Source: an uncultured Chloroflexia bacterium
GTDB lineage: Bacteria; Chloroflexota; Limnocylindria; Limnocylindrales; CSP1-4
Length of the DNA stretch: 64,000 bases
Assembly (NCBI GenBank): GCA_963712745.1
Contig: CAVQJC010000004.1
Coordinates: forward strand, 32,001 to 96,000
Reading direction: 5' to 3'
Positions 48,962-58,177 of this stretch are shown here, piece after piece. Under the pieces are notes generated by a model, which was not told the DNA's origin, made no database searches, and saw nothing but the letters and a program-made list of their open reading frames with translations. Position 1 is the stretch's first letter; each line of letters begins with the position of its first letter. Made by a program: the position numbers and the translations under genes.

Positions 48962-49870
48962 ATGCCCAGGCCAGAAGAGATGCCCAGGCCGGGGGAGGTC
49001 GGTCCCATCAAGGACATGCCCGCGGAGCAGGTGGTCAAGGCCGCCGCCATGATCAAGCAGGGCAGGATGATCTCGCTGGCGGCAACGCGATTCGATGGCA
49101 TGCCGCTGTTCCCCGGACACCCGCCCTTCCAGGTACTCAACGCGGTCAGCCCGCGCGGCATCGTCAACCAGGGTCGCCAGCCCTGGGGGCCGGTCAACGA
49201 GGCCAACCTCGGCTACATGGCCGAGTACCTGATGTGCACCTCGCACTCGGGTGCCCACATCGACGGTCTCGCCCACATGACCATCGGCGAGGACATGCAC
49301 TGGTATGGCGGCGGCCAGGCGGACAAGCACCTCACCGACCACGGTCCCAACTTCGGCGATGCCAGCAAGATGCCCCCGTTCTTCACCCGCGGCATCTTCC
49401 TCGATGTGCCCAACCATCGCGGTGTCCCGCACCTCAAGCACGGCGAGGTCGTGGATGCGGCCGAGCTGGAGGACATCGCCAAGGCGCAGGGCGTCGAGGT
49501 CCGCCAGTGGGACGTGGTCGTCATCCGCACCGGCTACATGAGCCTGTGGCCGGACTTCGACGCGATGATGGCCAACAAGACCGCCGGCCCGGACATCAGC
49601 GCGGCGGACTGGCTGCTCAAGAAAGGCGTCGTCGCGACCGGCACCGATACCGAGACCTACGAGGTCCAGCCGGCGCCCGACCTGGGCCCCGAGGGCAATC
49701 CGCAGCCGGTCCACAAGCACCTGCTCATCGACAACGGCATCTATCTCATGGAAAGCCTCGACCTCGAGGAGCTGGCTCGCGAGAAACTCTACGAGTTCGC
49801 CTTCATCGCGCTGCCCATCAAGATCAAGGGCGCGACCGCATCCATGGTCGATCCCGTCGCCGCCATCTAG
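48962..49870 (+). CDS. Cyclase family (kynurenine formamidase-like) metal hydrolase
   Basis: HSGAHIDGLAH, VIRTG, GTDT..E, PVH..LL, E.LDL.EL, PIKIKGATAS. Confidence 0.9.
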   Translation: MPRPEEMPRPGEVGPIKDMPAEQVVKAAAMIKQGRMISLAATRFDGMPLFPGHPPFQVLNAVSPRGIVNQGRQPWGPVNEANLGYMAEYLMCTSHSGAHIDGLAHMTIGEDMHWYGGGQADKHLTDHGPNFGDASKMPPFFTRGIFLDVPNHRGVPHLKHGEVVDAAELEDIAKAQGVEVRQWDVVVIRTGYMSLWPDFDAMMANKTAGPDISAADWLLKKGVVATGTDTETYEVQPAPDLGPEGNPQPVHKHLLIDNGIYLMESLDLEELAREKLYEFAFIALPIKIKGATASMVDPVAAI

Positions 49871-49901
49871 CCCAGTCCAGCCAGTCGAACCCGGAAGGAG
49901 C

Positions 49902-51532
49902 CGCCCCGTGACCGAGACCATGCAGGCACTCGTCGTGCTTGGACCCGAGAAGTTCGAGATCGGGGAGGTCCCGGTCCCCGAGCCCGGCCCGATGGAAGTG
50001 CTCTGCCGGGTCAAGGCGGTGTCGATCTGCGGCACCGACTCGCACCTCATCGCCGGCGACTACCCCGGCTTCTGGCCGCCGGCCTTCCCCATCATCCCCG
50101 GGCACGAGTGGTCCGGTGAGATCGTCAAGCTGGGCCCGGGAGCGGAGAAGGCCGGCTGGCAGCTGGGTGACCGCGTGGCCGGCACGAGCCACGACGCCTG
50201 TGGTGTCTGCCAACCGTGCGTCGAGGGCCGCTACAACCTGTGCGAGAACTACGGCGTGATGGACCTCCATCGCCAGTACGGCCACAACTACCAGGGGGCC
50301 GACGCCGAGTACGTGGTCCACGGCGTCAAATGCATCTTCCCCCTGCCCGACACGGTCAGCTGGGAGGAGGGTGCGGTCATCGACCCCGCATCCATCGCGC
50401 TGCACGTGGCCAACCGTGCCCAGATCCAGCCGGGCGACAACGTCGGCATCATGGGCGGGGGTGCCATCGGCCTGCTCGGCGGCGAGGCCGCCAAGATCCG
50501 CGGCGCCGGCCGGGTCATCATCGTCGAGCCGCTCGAGCTGCGCCGCCAGAAGGCCCTGGACATGGGTTTCGAGGTCATCGACTCCACGGCCGGGGACGCC
50601 GGCGCCAGGCTGCGTGAGATGACCGGGGGCATCGGCGTGGACAAGATCATCGAGGCCGCGGGAGTGCCCATCACCGTGAGGTGGTCCCTGGCGGCGCTGC
50701 GCAAGGGCGGCCGCATCGCGGCCGTCGGTATCCCCAGCAAGGGTGTCGAGATCGACATGCGCGATCTCGTGCTCTACGAGCTCGAGATCGCCGGCTCGCG
50801 CGCCTCGGCCGGCGAGATGCGCCGGGTCATGCCACACGTGGCCGACGGCCGCATGCGGCTGCGGGAGGTCATGAGCCACGAGTTCGCCCTGGCCGACTAT
50901 GCCCATGCCCTGGCCACGTTCCGAGACCCAGGCAGCGGTGCTATCAAGATCATCATCAAGCCCTGACGCGGTCTCGCGCCGTCCGCCCGCTGCCGACCAG
51001 GCCGCCCCCCGCCTGCGCTGGAGTCAGACCATGACCACGATCGCCCCGTGACCGAGACCATGCAGGCACTCGTCGTGCTTGGACCCGAGAAGTTCGAGAT
51101 CGGGGAGGTCCCGGTCCCCGAGCCCGGCCCGATGGAAGTGCTCTGCCGGGTCAAGGCGGTGTCGATCTGCGGCACCGACTCGCACCTCATCGCCGGCGAC
51201 TACCCCGGCTTCTGGCCGCCGGCCTTCCCCATCATCCCCGGGCACGAGTGGTCCGGTGAGATCGTCAAGCTGGGCCCGGGAGCGGAGAAGGCCGGCTGGC
51301 AGCTGGGTGACCGCGTGGCCGGCACGAGCCACGACGCCTGTGGTGTCTGCCAACCGTGCGTCGAGGGCCGCTACAACCTGTGCGAGAACTACGGCGTGAT
51401 GGACCTCCATCGCCAGTACGGCCACAACTACCAGGGGGCCGACGCCGAGTACGTGGTCCACGGCGTCAAATGCATCTTCCCCCTGCCCGACACGGTCAGC
51501 TGGGAGGAGGGTGCGGTCATCGACCCCGCATC
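49902..51532 (+). repeat. Exact 491-bp direct repeat (49902-50392 and 51042-51532)
   Basis: Line-by-line identity at offset 1140, from cgccccgtgacc to gaccccgcatc. Confidence 0.92.
49908..50966 (+). CDS. Zn-dependent alcohol/polyol dehydrogenase (MDR), copy 1
   Basis: ICGTD, GHE, CGVCQPC..C, GGGAIG. Confidence 0.93.
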   Translation: MTETMQALVVLGPEKFEIGEVPVPEPGPMEVLCRVKAVSICGTDSHLIAGDYPGFWPPAFPIIPGHEWSGEIVKLGPGAEKAGWQLGDRVAGTSHDACGVCQPCVEGRYNLCENYGVMDLHRQYGHNYQGADAEYVVHGVKCIFPLPDTVSWEEGAVIDPASIALHVANRAQIQPGDNVGIMGGGAIGLLGGEAAKIRGAGRVIIVEPLELRRQKALDMGFEVIDSTAGDAGARLREMTGGIGVDKIIEAAGVPITVRWSLAALRKGGRIAAVGIPSKGVEIDMRDLVLYELEIAGSRASAGEMRRVMPHVADGRMRLREVMSHEFALADYAHALATFRDPGSGAIKIIIKP

Positions 51533-52103
51533 GCTGGCTCTCCATTGCGCCCGGCGGGGCGGCATCTGCCCCGGCGACAGCGTGGTCGTCATGGGCGCCG
51601 GGCCGGTCGGTCTCCTGGCGGCTGACGCGGCCCTGGCCGTGGGCGCGGGCCGGGTCATCGTGGTCGGACGCGGGCCGCGTCTGCAGAAGGCTCTGCAGAT
51701 GGGTTTCATCGGCCTGGACAGCAACGCGGTGGAGCCGGCAGAGGCGGTGCGTGAGCTCACGCACGGGTTCGGCGCGGACGTCGTCATCGAGGCGGCCGGT
51801 ACGCCGACCACGCTGCAGTGGTCCCTGGCGGCCCTGCGCAAGGGTGGCCGCATCGCCGCGGTCGGCATCCCCGCGGAAGGCGTTACGATCGACATGCGAG
51901 AGCTCGTGCTCTACGAACTCGAGATCGCCGGCTCGCGCGCCTCTGCCGGTGAGATGCGCCGGGTGATGCCGCTCATCGCTGATGGGCGCATCCGTTTGCG
52001 CGAGATCATGACCCACCAGTTCGCGCTGGCTGACTTCGGCGAGGCCCTGGCCACATTCCGAGATCGCTCCAGCGGGGCGATCAAGATCACCATCAAGCCG
52101 TAG
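51048..52103 (+). CDS. Zn-dependent alcohol/polyol dehydrogenase (MDR), copy 2
   Basis: N-terminal half identical to copy 1; GAGPVG Rossmann motif. Confidence 0.93.
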   Translation: MTETMQALVVLGPEKFEIGEVPVPEPGPMEVLCRVKAVSICGTDSHLIAGDYPGFWPPAFPIIPGHEWSGEIVKLGPGAEKAGWQLGDRVAGTSHDACGVCQPCVEGRYNLCENYGVMDLHRQYGHNYQGADAEYVVHGVKCIFPLPDTVSWEEGAVIDPASLALHCARRGGICPGDSVVVMGAGPVGLLAADAALAVGAGRVIVVGRGPRLQKALQMGFIGLDSNAVEPAEAVRELTHGFGADVVIEAAGTPTTLQWSLAALRKGGRIAAVGIPAEGVTIDMRELVLYELEIAGSRASAGEMRRVMPLIADGRIRLREIMTHQFALADFGEALATFRDRSSGAIKITIKP

Positions 52104-52123
52104 CAGGGGAGCACGAGCTGGAC

Positions 52124-54256
52124 ATGAACTGGTCGTTCGCATTCGATCGTCCGCCGCAGTTGAGCGCCGACGAGCTGAGAGCCTTGCTCGGCGGCAAGGG
52201 TGCGAACCTCGCGGTGATGACGACCGAGCTGGGCCTGCCGGTGCCACCCGGTTTCGTCATCTCCACCGACGCCTGCAAGGCCTACATGCGCGATGGCTGG
52301 CCCCCCGGCCTCGACGATGAGCTGCGAGTACAGATGGCGCGCATCGAGCAGCAGGTGGGCCGTCGTTTCGGCGACGCGGGCGATCCCCTGCTGGTGAGCG
52401 TGCGCTCGGGGGCGCCGGTATCGATGCCGGGCATGCTCGATACCATCCTCAACCTCGGGCTCAACGACCAGACCACGGCCGGTCTCGGGCAAGCCGCCGG
52501 TGACGTTGAGTTCGCAGGTGCCTGCCGGAAGCGACTCGAGGCCATGTACCGTGACATCGTCGGGGTCGAGGAGGTGCCGGCCGATCCGTGGGCCCAGCTG
52601 CGTGCCGCCGTGGAGTCCGTGTTCCGCAGCTGGGACAGCGACCGGGCGCGCAGCTATCGCGAACGCGAGTCCATCGCGCCCGACCTGGGTACCGCCGTGG
52701 TCGTGCAGGCCATGGTCTTCGGCAACCGCGGGCCCGACTCCGCGACCGGTGTGCTCTTCACGCGCAACCCGGCCACGGGCGAGAACACGCTCTACGGCGA
52801 CCTGCTGTTCGGTGCCCAAGGCGAGGACGTCGTCGCCGGCACGCACGCGACCGAACCGATCTCGGCGCTCGAAACGCGGCTGCCCGGCGTGGCCATGGAG
52901 CTGCGTTCCTACGCCGACCAGCTCGAGCATCACTACGGCGACATCTGCGACATCGAGTTCACCATCGAAGAAGGTCGCCTGTGGATGCTCCAGAACCGCA
53001 TCGGCAAGCGCACCGCGCAGGCAGCCTGCCGCGCCGCGGTCGAGATGGCCGAGGACGAGGCCTTCCCGTTGTCACGACCGGAGGCGGTCGAACGCGTGCG
53101 GGAGATCCTGGTGGATCCGCCGGTCATCGCCGCCGAGATGAGCGGCAACGTCGAGATCGTGGCGGCCGGGCTGGGAGCCTCGCCGGGGCTGGCGACCGGC
53201 GCTATCGCCACCACTCCCGAAGCTGCCGTTCGCATGGCCGCGGCCGGCACGGACGTGCTGCTGGTCCGCGCGGAGACCTCGCCGGACGATGTGCACGGCA
53301 TGGCCAAGTCGGTGGGCATCCTGACCTCAACCGGCGGCCTTGCCTCTCACGCGGCCGTGGTCGCTCGTGGCTGGGACATCCCGGCCGTGGTCGGCGCGAT
53401 CGGCGTGGTCGTGGGCGAAGGCGGCGTCGCCATCGCCGATACGCTCTACCGAGAAGGGGACGTCATCAGCATCGACGGCAGCACCGGGGAGGTCTACGGA
53501 GGCCCGGTCGAGTCGATGACGACGGTGGTGCCCGAAGCTGCCATGCTCATCGCCTGGGCCCGGGAGCTGGGCATCGAGATCGCACAGCCACATGAGTCGG
53601 AGGAGGGCAGCGCCGTGGTCTCTGCAGGTGAGGGCGATGTGGCAGCCGAGGATGTCGTTCGCGTGCTCGCGATCAAGGGCTATGTGATGCCTGACATGCT
53701 GGCGCCTGCGCTGGGCGTCAGCGCCGATGAGACACAGCAGCAGCTTGACCGGCTGGCAGCGGACGGCATCGTCAAGGAATCCGGTGGCATGTTTAGCCTG
53801 ACCGATGACGGCAAGGCCCTGGGAACCGAGATGATCGCGGCCGACCGCGAGGCCTGGGGTGCGGAGAATGCGCTCGCCGCGCTCGATGCCTTCCTTGTGC
53901 TCGACAGCCAGATGAAGACGATCGTGACCGCCTGGCAGATGAAGGAGGTCGGCGGTGAACAGGTGCTCAACGATCACACCGACGCCGAGTACGACGCGGG
54001 CGTCCTCTCGCAGCTGGCCGCGCTCCACGTCGAGGCCACGGCCTGGATCGCGCCGCTCTATGCCGGGCTGGCCCGGCTGGTGGCCTACGGCAAGCGGCTG
54101 GACGTAGCGGCAGAGGCGGCTGCCGCCGGCGACGGGATGTACATCGCCTCACCGCGGGTCGACAGCTACCACGGGGTCTGGTTCGAACTGCACGAGGATC
54201 TCATCCGCCTGGCCGGCCGCACGCGCGAGGACGAAGTCGCGGCCGGCCGCGCCTGA
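52124..54256 (+). CDS. PPDK-like protein: ATP-grasp and His domains fused to a winged-helix/helical C-terminus, no pyruvate TIM barrel
   Basis: GGKGANL, LPVPPGF, LLVSVRSGA, SMPGMLDTILNLG, QGEDVVAG, DIEFT, GGLASHAAVVARG; ends DSYHGVWFELHEDL. Confidence 0.88.
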   Translation: MNWSFAFDRPPQLSADELRALLGGKGANLAVMTTELGLPVPPGFVISTDACKAYMRDGWPPGLDDELRVQMARIEQQVGRRFGDAGDPLLVSVRSGAPVSMPGMLDTILNLGLNDQTTAGLGQAAGDVEFAGACRKRLEAMYRDIVGVEEVPADPWAQLRAAVESVFRSWDSDRARSYRERESIAPDLGTAVVVQAMVFGNRGPDSATGVLFTRNPATGENTLYGDLLFGAQGEDVVAGTHATEPISALETRLPGVAMELRSYADQLEHHYGDICDIEFTIEEGRLWMLQNRIGKRTAQAACRAAVEMAEDEAFPLSRPEAVERVREILVDPPVIAAEMSGNVEIVAAGLGASPGLATGAIATTPEAAVRMAAAGTDVLLVRAETSPDDVHGMAKSVGILTSTGGLASHAAVVARGWDIPAVVGAIGVVVGEGGVAIADTLYREGDVISIDGSTGEVYGGPVESMTTVVPEAAMLIAWARELGIEIAQPHESEEGSAVVSAGEGDVAAEDVVRVLAIKGYVMPDMLAPALGVSADETQQQLDRLAADGIVKESGGMFSLTDDGKALGTEMIAADREAWGAENALAALDAFLVLDSQMKTIVTAWQMKEVGGEQVLNDHTDAEYDAGVLSQLAALHVEATAWIAPLYAGLARLVAYGKRLDVAAEAAAAGDGMYIASPRVDSYHGVWFELHEDLIRLAGRTREDEVAAGRA

Positions 54257-54285
54257 CACGCACGAGCCGCTACGCTGGGAGAACC

Positions 54286-55578
54286 ATGCCGACGCAAGCA
54301 GAGCTCGAAGTCGCGACGCTGGGGTCCGCCCGCTTCGATTCGCCGCTCGTGGCCAGGGGCCGGCGACTCCCGGACCCTGAGTTGCGTGTCCGCTACCAGG
54401 CCCGAGAGGGTTCGGCCGAACTGGAGGGAGAGGACCTCTTCCTCGAGAAGGCCGGACCACGCGAGAAGCTGTACTTCGACCCAGCCGGGACGACGGCTGC
54501 TTTCGTCACCTGTGGCGGTCTCGCCCCGGGCCTGAACAACACCATCCGCTCGGGTTTCTACGAGCTCCTTCACAACTACGGCGTCAAGCGCGTCCTCGGC
54601 ATCCGCAACGGCTACCAGGGCCTGGTGCTGTCCGAGGGCCTTGAGCCCATCGTGCTCACGCCAGACATGGTCGATGACATCAACGACCTGGGCGGGACGG
54701 TGCTGGGAACCTCGCGTGGCGGCCGCGACCCAGCAGAGATCGTCGACTTCCTCGAGGCGCACGCCATCGACATCCTCTTCTGCATCGGCGGTGACGGCAC
54801 CCAGCGTGGTGCCCACAGCATCGAGCAGGAGGTGCGCGCTCGCGGCGGGAAGCGTTCCATCGTGGGCATCCCCAAGACCATCGACAACGACGTGCCCTTC
54901 GTCTACACCAGCTTCGGCTACGCGACCGCGCTCGAGGAGGCAGCGCAGATCCTGCGAGGCGCGCACGTGGAGGCCAAGAGCCACAGAAGCGGGATCGGCC
55001 TGGTCAAACTCATGGGCCGGGACGCCGGCTTCATCACGGCCGGCGCCGCCATCGCCAGCCAGGAGGCCAACTTCGTGCTGGTCCCGGAGGTCCCCTTTCC
55101 GCTCGACGGCCCCTCCGGCTTCCTCGAGGTGCTCGAGCGACGCATGATCGAGCGGGACCACGCGGTCGTGGCCGTGGCCGAGGGGGCCGGTCAGCACCTG
55201 TTCGAGAGCGGCGACGCCACGGTCGATGCCTCGGGCAACCGCCGCTATCGGGATATCGGCGTCTTCCTGCGCGACCGCATCCGCCAGCACTTCCGTGAGC
55301 GGGAGATGCCGGTCACGGTCAAGTATTTCGATCCCAGCTACGCCATCCGCAGTGTGCCGCCCAATGCCTTCGACCGCATCCTCACCGACCGCATGGCGCG
55401 CAACGCCGTGCACGCGGCCATGGCCGGCAAGACCGACGTGATGGTGGGCTCGTGGAACCAGGCCACGATCTGGGTGCCCATCGCTGCTGCGGTCGCCGAA
55501 CGTAAGAACATGTCACCCGACGGCGACATCTGGCGCGCGGTCCTCGCCACGACCGGCCAGCCGAACTGGGGCGGTTGA
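54286..55578 (+). CDS. pfkA: 6-phosphofructokinase, PfkA family, ATP-type signature
   Basis: TCGG.APGLN, GGTVLGTSRG, IGGDGT, PKTIDND, KLMGRDAG, DPSY.IRS. Confidence 0.9.
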   Translation: MPTQAELEVATLGSARFDSPLVARGRRLPDPELRVRYQAREGSAELEGEDLFLEKAGPREKLYFDPAGTTAAFVTCGGLAPGLNNTIRSGFYELLHNYGVKRVLGIRNGYQGLVLSEGLEPIVLTPDMVDDINDLGGTVLGTSRGGRDPAEIVDFLEAHAIDILFCIGGDGTQRGAHSIEQEVRARGGKRSIVGIPKTIDNDVPFVYTSFGYATALEEAAQILRGAHVEAKSHRSGIGLVKLMGRDAGFITAGAAIASQEANFVLVPEVPFPLDGPSGFLEVLERRMIERDHAVVAVAEGAGQHLFESGDATVDASGNRRYRDIGVFLRDRIRQHFREREMPVTVKYFDPSYAIRSVPPNAFDRILTDRMARNAVHAAMAGKTDVMVGSWNQATIWVPIAAAVAERKNMSPDGDIWRAVLATTGQPNWGG

Positions 55579-55719
55579 AGCGGGCCTCATCGCATCGCCC
55601 TTCGAGGAAGCGTCTTTGAGCCGCCGTCGCATCGCCGCGCGTCAACCGTCAATGACGGACTGCCCTCCGCGTGCAGCGAGACTCGCGCACCGGACGCGGT
55701 GATTGAGCGGGCGTCCTGA

Positions 55720-55983
55720 ATGGGTACGTCTGGAACGCTCGCTGCCGATGGGATCGCCATCTCCACCGAGACGAACGCCATCGAGAACGAGGGCGGCACC
55801 CGGCGCTGCATCCAGCAGTTCGGCGAGACAGCAGCCCCCATCGAGGAGGGGACGCACTCTCTTCTGCTCTCGGGGGAAGGAGGCGATGAAGGGCTGACGG
55901 CGGTCATCGTCTACACGGGGCCTGGGACCGCCACGGGTGCCATCCTGTCGCGTCCGATCCCTGGGCCGGCGGGATCGCAGTAG
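55720..55983 (+). pseudogene. Decayed fragment of a small beta-rich protein, similar to 58178-58468
   Basis: IENEGGT..LSGEGGDEGLTAV..GAI..PIP parallels VENDDGAW..LKGEDAYEGLSY..GLI..PPP. Confidence 0.4.
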
Positions 55984-56118
55984 CTCCGGTCAACGATCTC
56001 CGACTGCCGACTGGCGCCGCACCGTGCCGGCTGGACCAAGCCAGCTCCACGAGGGCCGGACCTCCCGTGTGTCGATGAGAGTCGTCGCACGGACACCACC
56101 ACCGAGCACTCAGGATAT

Positions 56119-56149
56119 GAAGAAGCCCCGCCGGATGGACCGGCGGGGC
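56119..56149 (-). terminator. Intrinsic terminator of the SDR-MBL operon
   Basis: GCCCCGCCGG-N5-CCGGCGGGGC followed by TTCTTC on the minus strand. Confidence 0.65.
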
Positions 56150-56184
56150 GGTGCGCTGGGGCCACTGGGGCGTGGAGGTGAGTA

Positions 56185-57054
56185 TCAGTCCTTCTTGTCG
56201 GTCATCTGGTCCCAGAGGGCGCCGGCGTTGTGGGACATGATGTAGTCCATCATGTACTCCTGACCGATGTCGACCGGAAAGCGCTCCTTGAGGTTGACGC
56301 GCTCCTGGGTCTCCTCGCGGGAGAGGCCTTCGGCCACGGCCGCAGCGACGCGTGACTTCCACTCCAGCAGGATGGCGCGCTGGTCATCGAGCGACGAGCG
56401 GTCGGTCAGCGGTCCGTGGCCCGGCACCAGGTGATCGAAGTCGAGCGCGCGGATGGTCTCCAGCGCGGCCAGCCAGCCGTCCACATCGGATGTCATCAGC
56501 CACGTCTGACACTGGTTGAAGATGGTGTCACCGGTGAAGACGACGCCCTCCTCGGGCACATGCACGGCGATCTGGCCCGGCGTGTGGCCAGCCACGTGGA
56601 TGAGGTCGAAGTGGGTATCGCCCACCCGCAGCTTCAGATCGCCGGTGAAGACGATGGCGCCGTCGTTGGGCTCGCGGTAGTACTCCTCGCGCTCGGGGAA
56701 GATGGCCACGCCCTCGGGGTCGTCGGTCGGAAGGGCCTCCTCGGCATAGGCGAAGGGGTCCAGGATCGGCGCGACCACCATGTAGTTGTCGGCCACGCCC
56801 TTGTGGTGGACCACAGGCACCGGCTTGAAGTAGTAGTTGCCGAAGATGTGGTCGACGTGGTGCTCGGTGTTGATGACGTAGCGGATGGGGCCGTGCGTTT
56901 CGGCCTGCTCGCGCATGGCCACCGCCTTGGTCGGCAGCTGAGGGGTGTCGACCACGACGACCCCGTCCGAGGTGACCACGTAGCTGGGGTTGCAGCCACG
57001 GATCCTGGTGTTCGAGTAGACGTTGGCAGTGACCTGCTCCATGGGCGGCTTCAA
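56185..57054 (-). CDS. MBL-fold metallo-hydrolase
   Basis: VVVDT, INTEHHVDHIFGN, GHTPG, FTGD, VPGHG; GGAGG before TTG. Confidence 0.9.
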   Translation of the reverse strand: MKPPMEQVTANVYSNTRIRGCNPSYVVTSDGVVVVDTPQLPTKAVAMREQAETHGPIRYVINTEHHVDHIFGNYYFKPVPVVHHKGVADNYMVVAPILDPFAYAEEALPTDDPEGVAIFPEREEYYREPNDGAIVFTGDLKLRVGDTHFDLIHVAGHTPGQIAVHVPEEGVVFTGDTIFNQCQTWLMTSDVDGWLAALETIRALDFDHLVPGHGPLTDRSSLDDQRAILLEWKSRVAAAVAEGLSREETQERVNLKERFPVDIGQEYMMDYIMSHNAGALWDQMTDKKD

Positions 57055-57100
57055 GGTCGCGGTTCCTCCCCGGGGGTATGTACTGAGTTGGCCCGGCGCG

Positions 57101-57886
57101 CTACTGGGTCGCGGTCAGTCCGCCGTCGATGCCCAGGATCTGGCCGGTGATGAACGATGACGCGTCAGAGACCAGGAAGATGGCCGCGCCCACGAGGTCG
57201 CTCGTGCCACCCACGCGCCCGAGCGGGATGCGTGCCACCACGCCCTTCTTGAACTCTGGATCCTCGAGCAACATGGCCACCTGTGGCGTGTCCACGAAGG
57301 TGGGACTGATGGCGTTGACGTTGATGCCGTACTTGGCCCACTCGGTGGCCCACTGGCGCGTGAGCGAGCTGATGGCGCCCTTGGCCGCGACATACGCCGA
57401 GTAGCCGGCGTTGATGCCGAGGGCGGCCCGCACCGAACTGATATTGAGCACCTTGCCGCCGTTGCCCGCCTCGATCATGGCCTTGACCGCGGCCTGGGTG
57501 GGCACGAGCGTGCAGCGCACGTTGATGTCGTAGATCCAGTCCCAGGCGTCGTCGGGGTAGTCCTGGGCCTCGAAGAGGACCTTCCCGGCGCCGCCGCCGA
57601 TAGCGTTGACCATGATGTCGAGCCTGCCCAGGTGGTTCACCACCTCGTCGACGACCGCGTCCGCTTCGTCGCGCTTGGTCATGTCGCCAGCGACGGCAAG
57701 GCATTCGCCACCGACCGCCTCCACCCTGGCCCTGGTGGCATCGACCAGCTCCTGGCTGATGTCGGTCACGGCGATCTTCGCACCGGCCTCTGCGAGGGCG
57801 ACGGCCATGGCGCCACCGATAGCCCCGCCTCCGCCACCGATGAACGCGACCTGGCCATCGAGCTTGAACCTGTCCAGCTGACCCAT
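57101..57886 (-). CDS. SDR oxidoreductase (KduD/gluconate 5-dehydrogenase-like)
   Basis: GGGGAIG, NISS, YVAAK, NVNAISP, IPLGR; GGAGG before ATG 57886. Confidence 0.93.
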   Translation of the reverse strand: MGQLDRFKLDGQVAFIGGGGGAIGGAMAVALAEAGAKIAVTDISQELVDATRARVEAVGGECLAVAGDMTKRDEADAVVDEVVNHLGRLDIMVNAIGGGAGKVLFEAQDYPDDAWDWIYDINVRCTLVPTQAAVKAMIEAGNGGKVLNISSVRAALGINAGYSAYVAAKGAISSLTRQWATEWAKYGINVNAISPTFVDTPQVAMLLEDPEFKKGVVARIPLGRVGGTSDLVGAAIFLVSDASSFITGQILGIDGGLTATQ

Positions 57887-57946
57887 GCTGGTTCCTCCAT
57901 GCGCATGTCCGCGTTGCCCGGCGGGCAAGGGGTGCGGTGTCCTTCA

Positions 57947-57965
57947 ATCATCGATTATCGACGAT
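57947..57965. promoter_or_regulatory. Putative GntR operator 3, upstream of the SDR
   Basis: ATCATCGATTATCGACGAT, same core as site 1. Confidence 0.72.
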
Positions 57966-58177
57966 ATGGAAGGCGCCTGTGTGGGCGGGACGTTGCCCGA
58001 AAGCCCGGAGATGCCCTCGCTCGGGGGCGTCCGTGGACCAGCGGAGCTCACGGGCGGCCCTCGATCCGATGGACCCAGCATGCCGAGGGAAGGTTTCGGG
58101 CTGGCCGAGGCGTCGTATAGCCGGCCGAGGACGGGGTCGCCACGCTCCAGGGACACATCAGTGATGCCACGCCGGAG

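Noticed and set aside
48958-48990. 15-nt tandem repeat AGAGATGCCCAGGCC at the cyclase start (MPRPEEMPRPGE)
   Set aside because: Small local duplication giving an alternative start; no further structure
52124-54256. Canonical pyruvate phosphate dikinase
   Set aside because: The C-terminal pyruvate/PEP-binding barrel is absent
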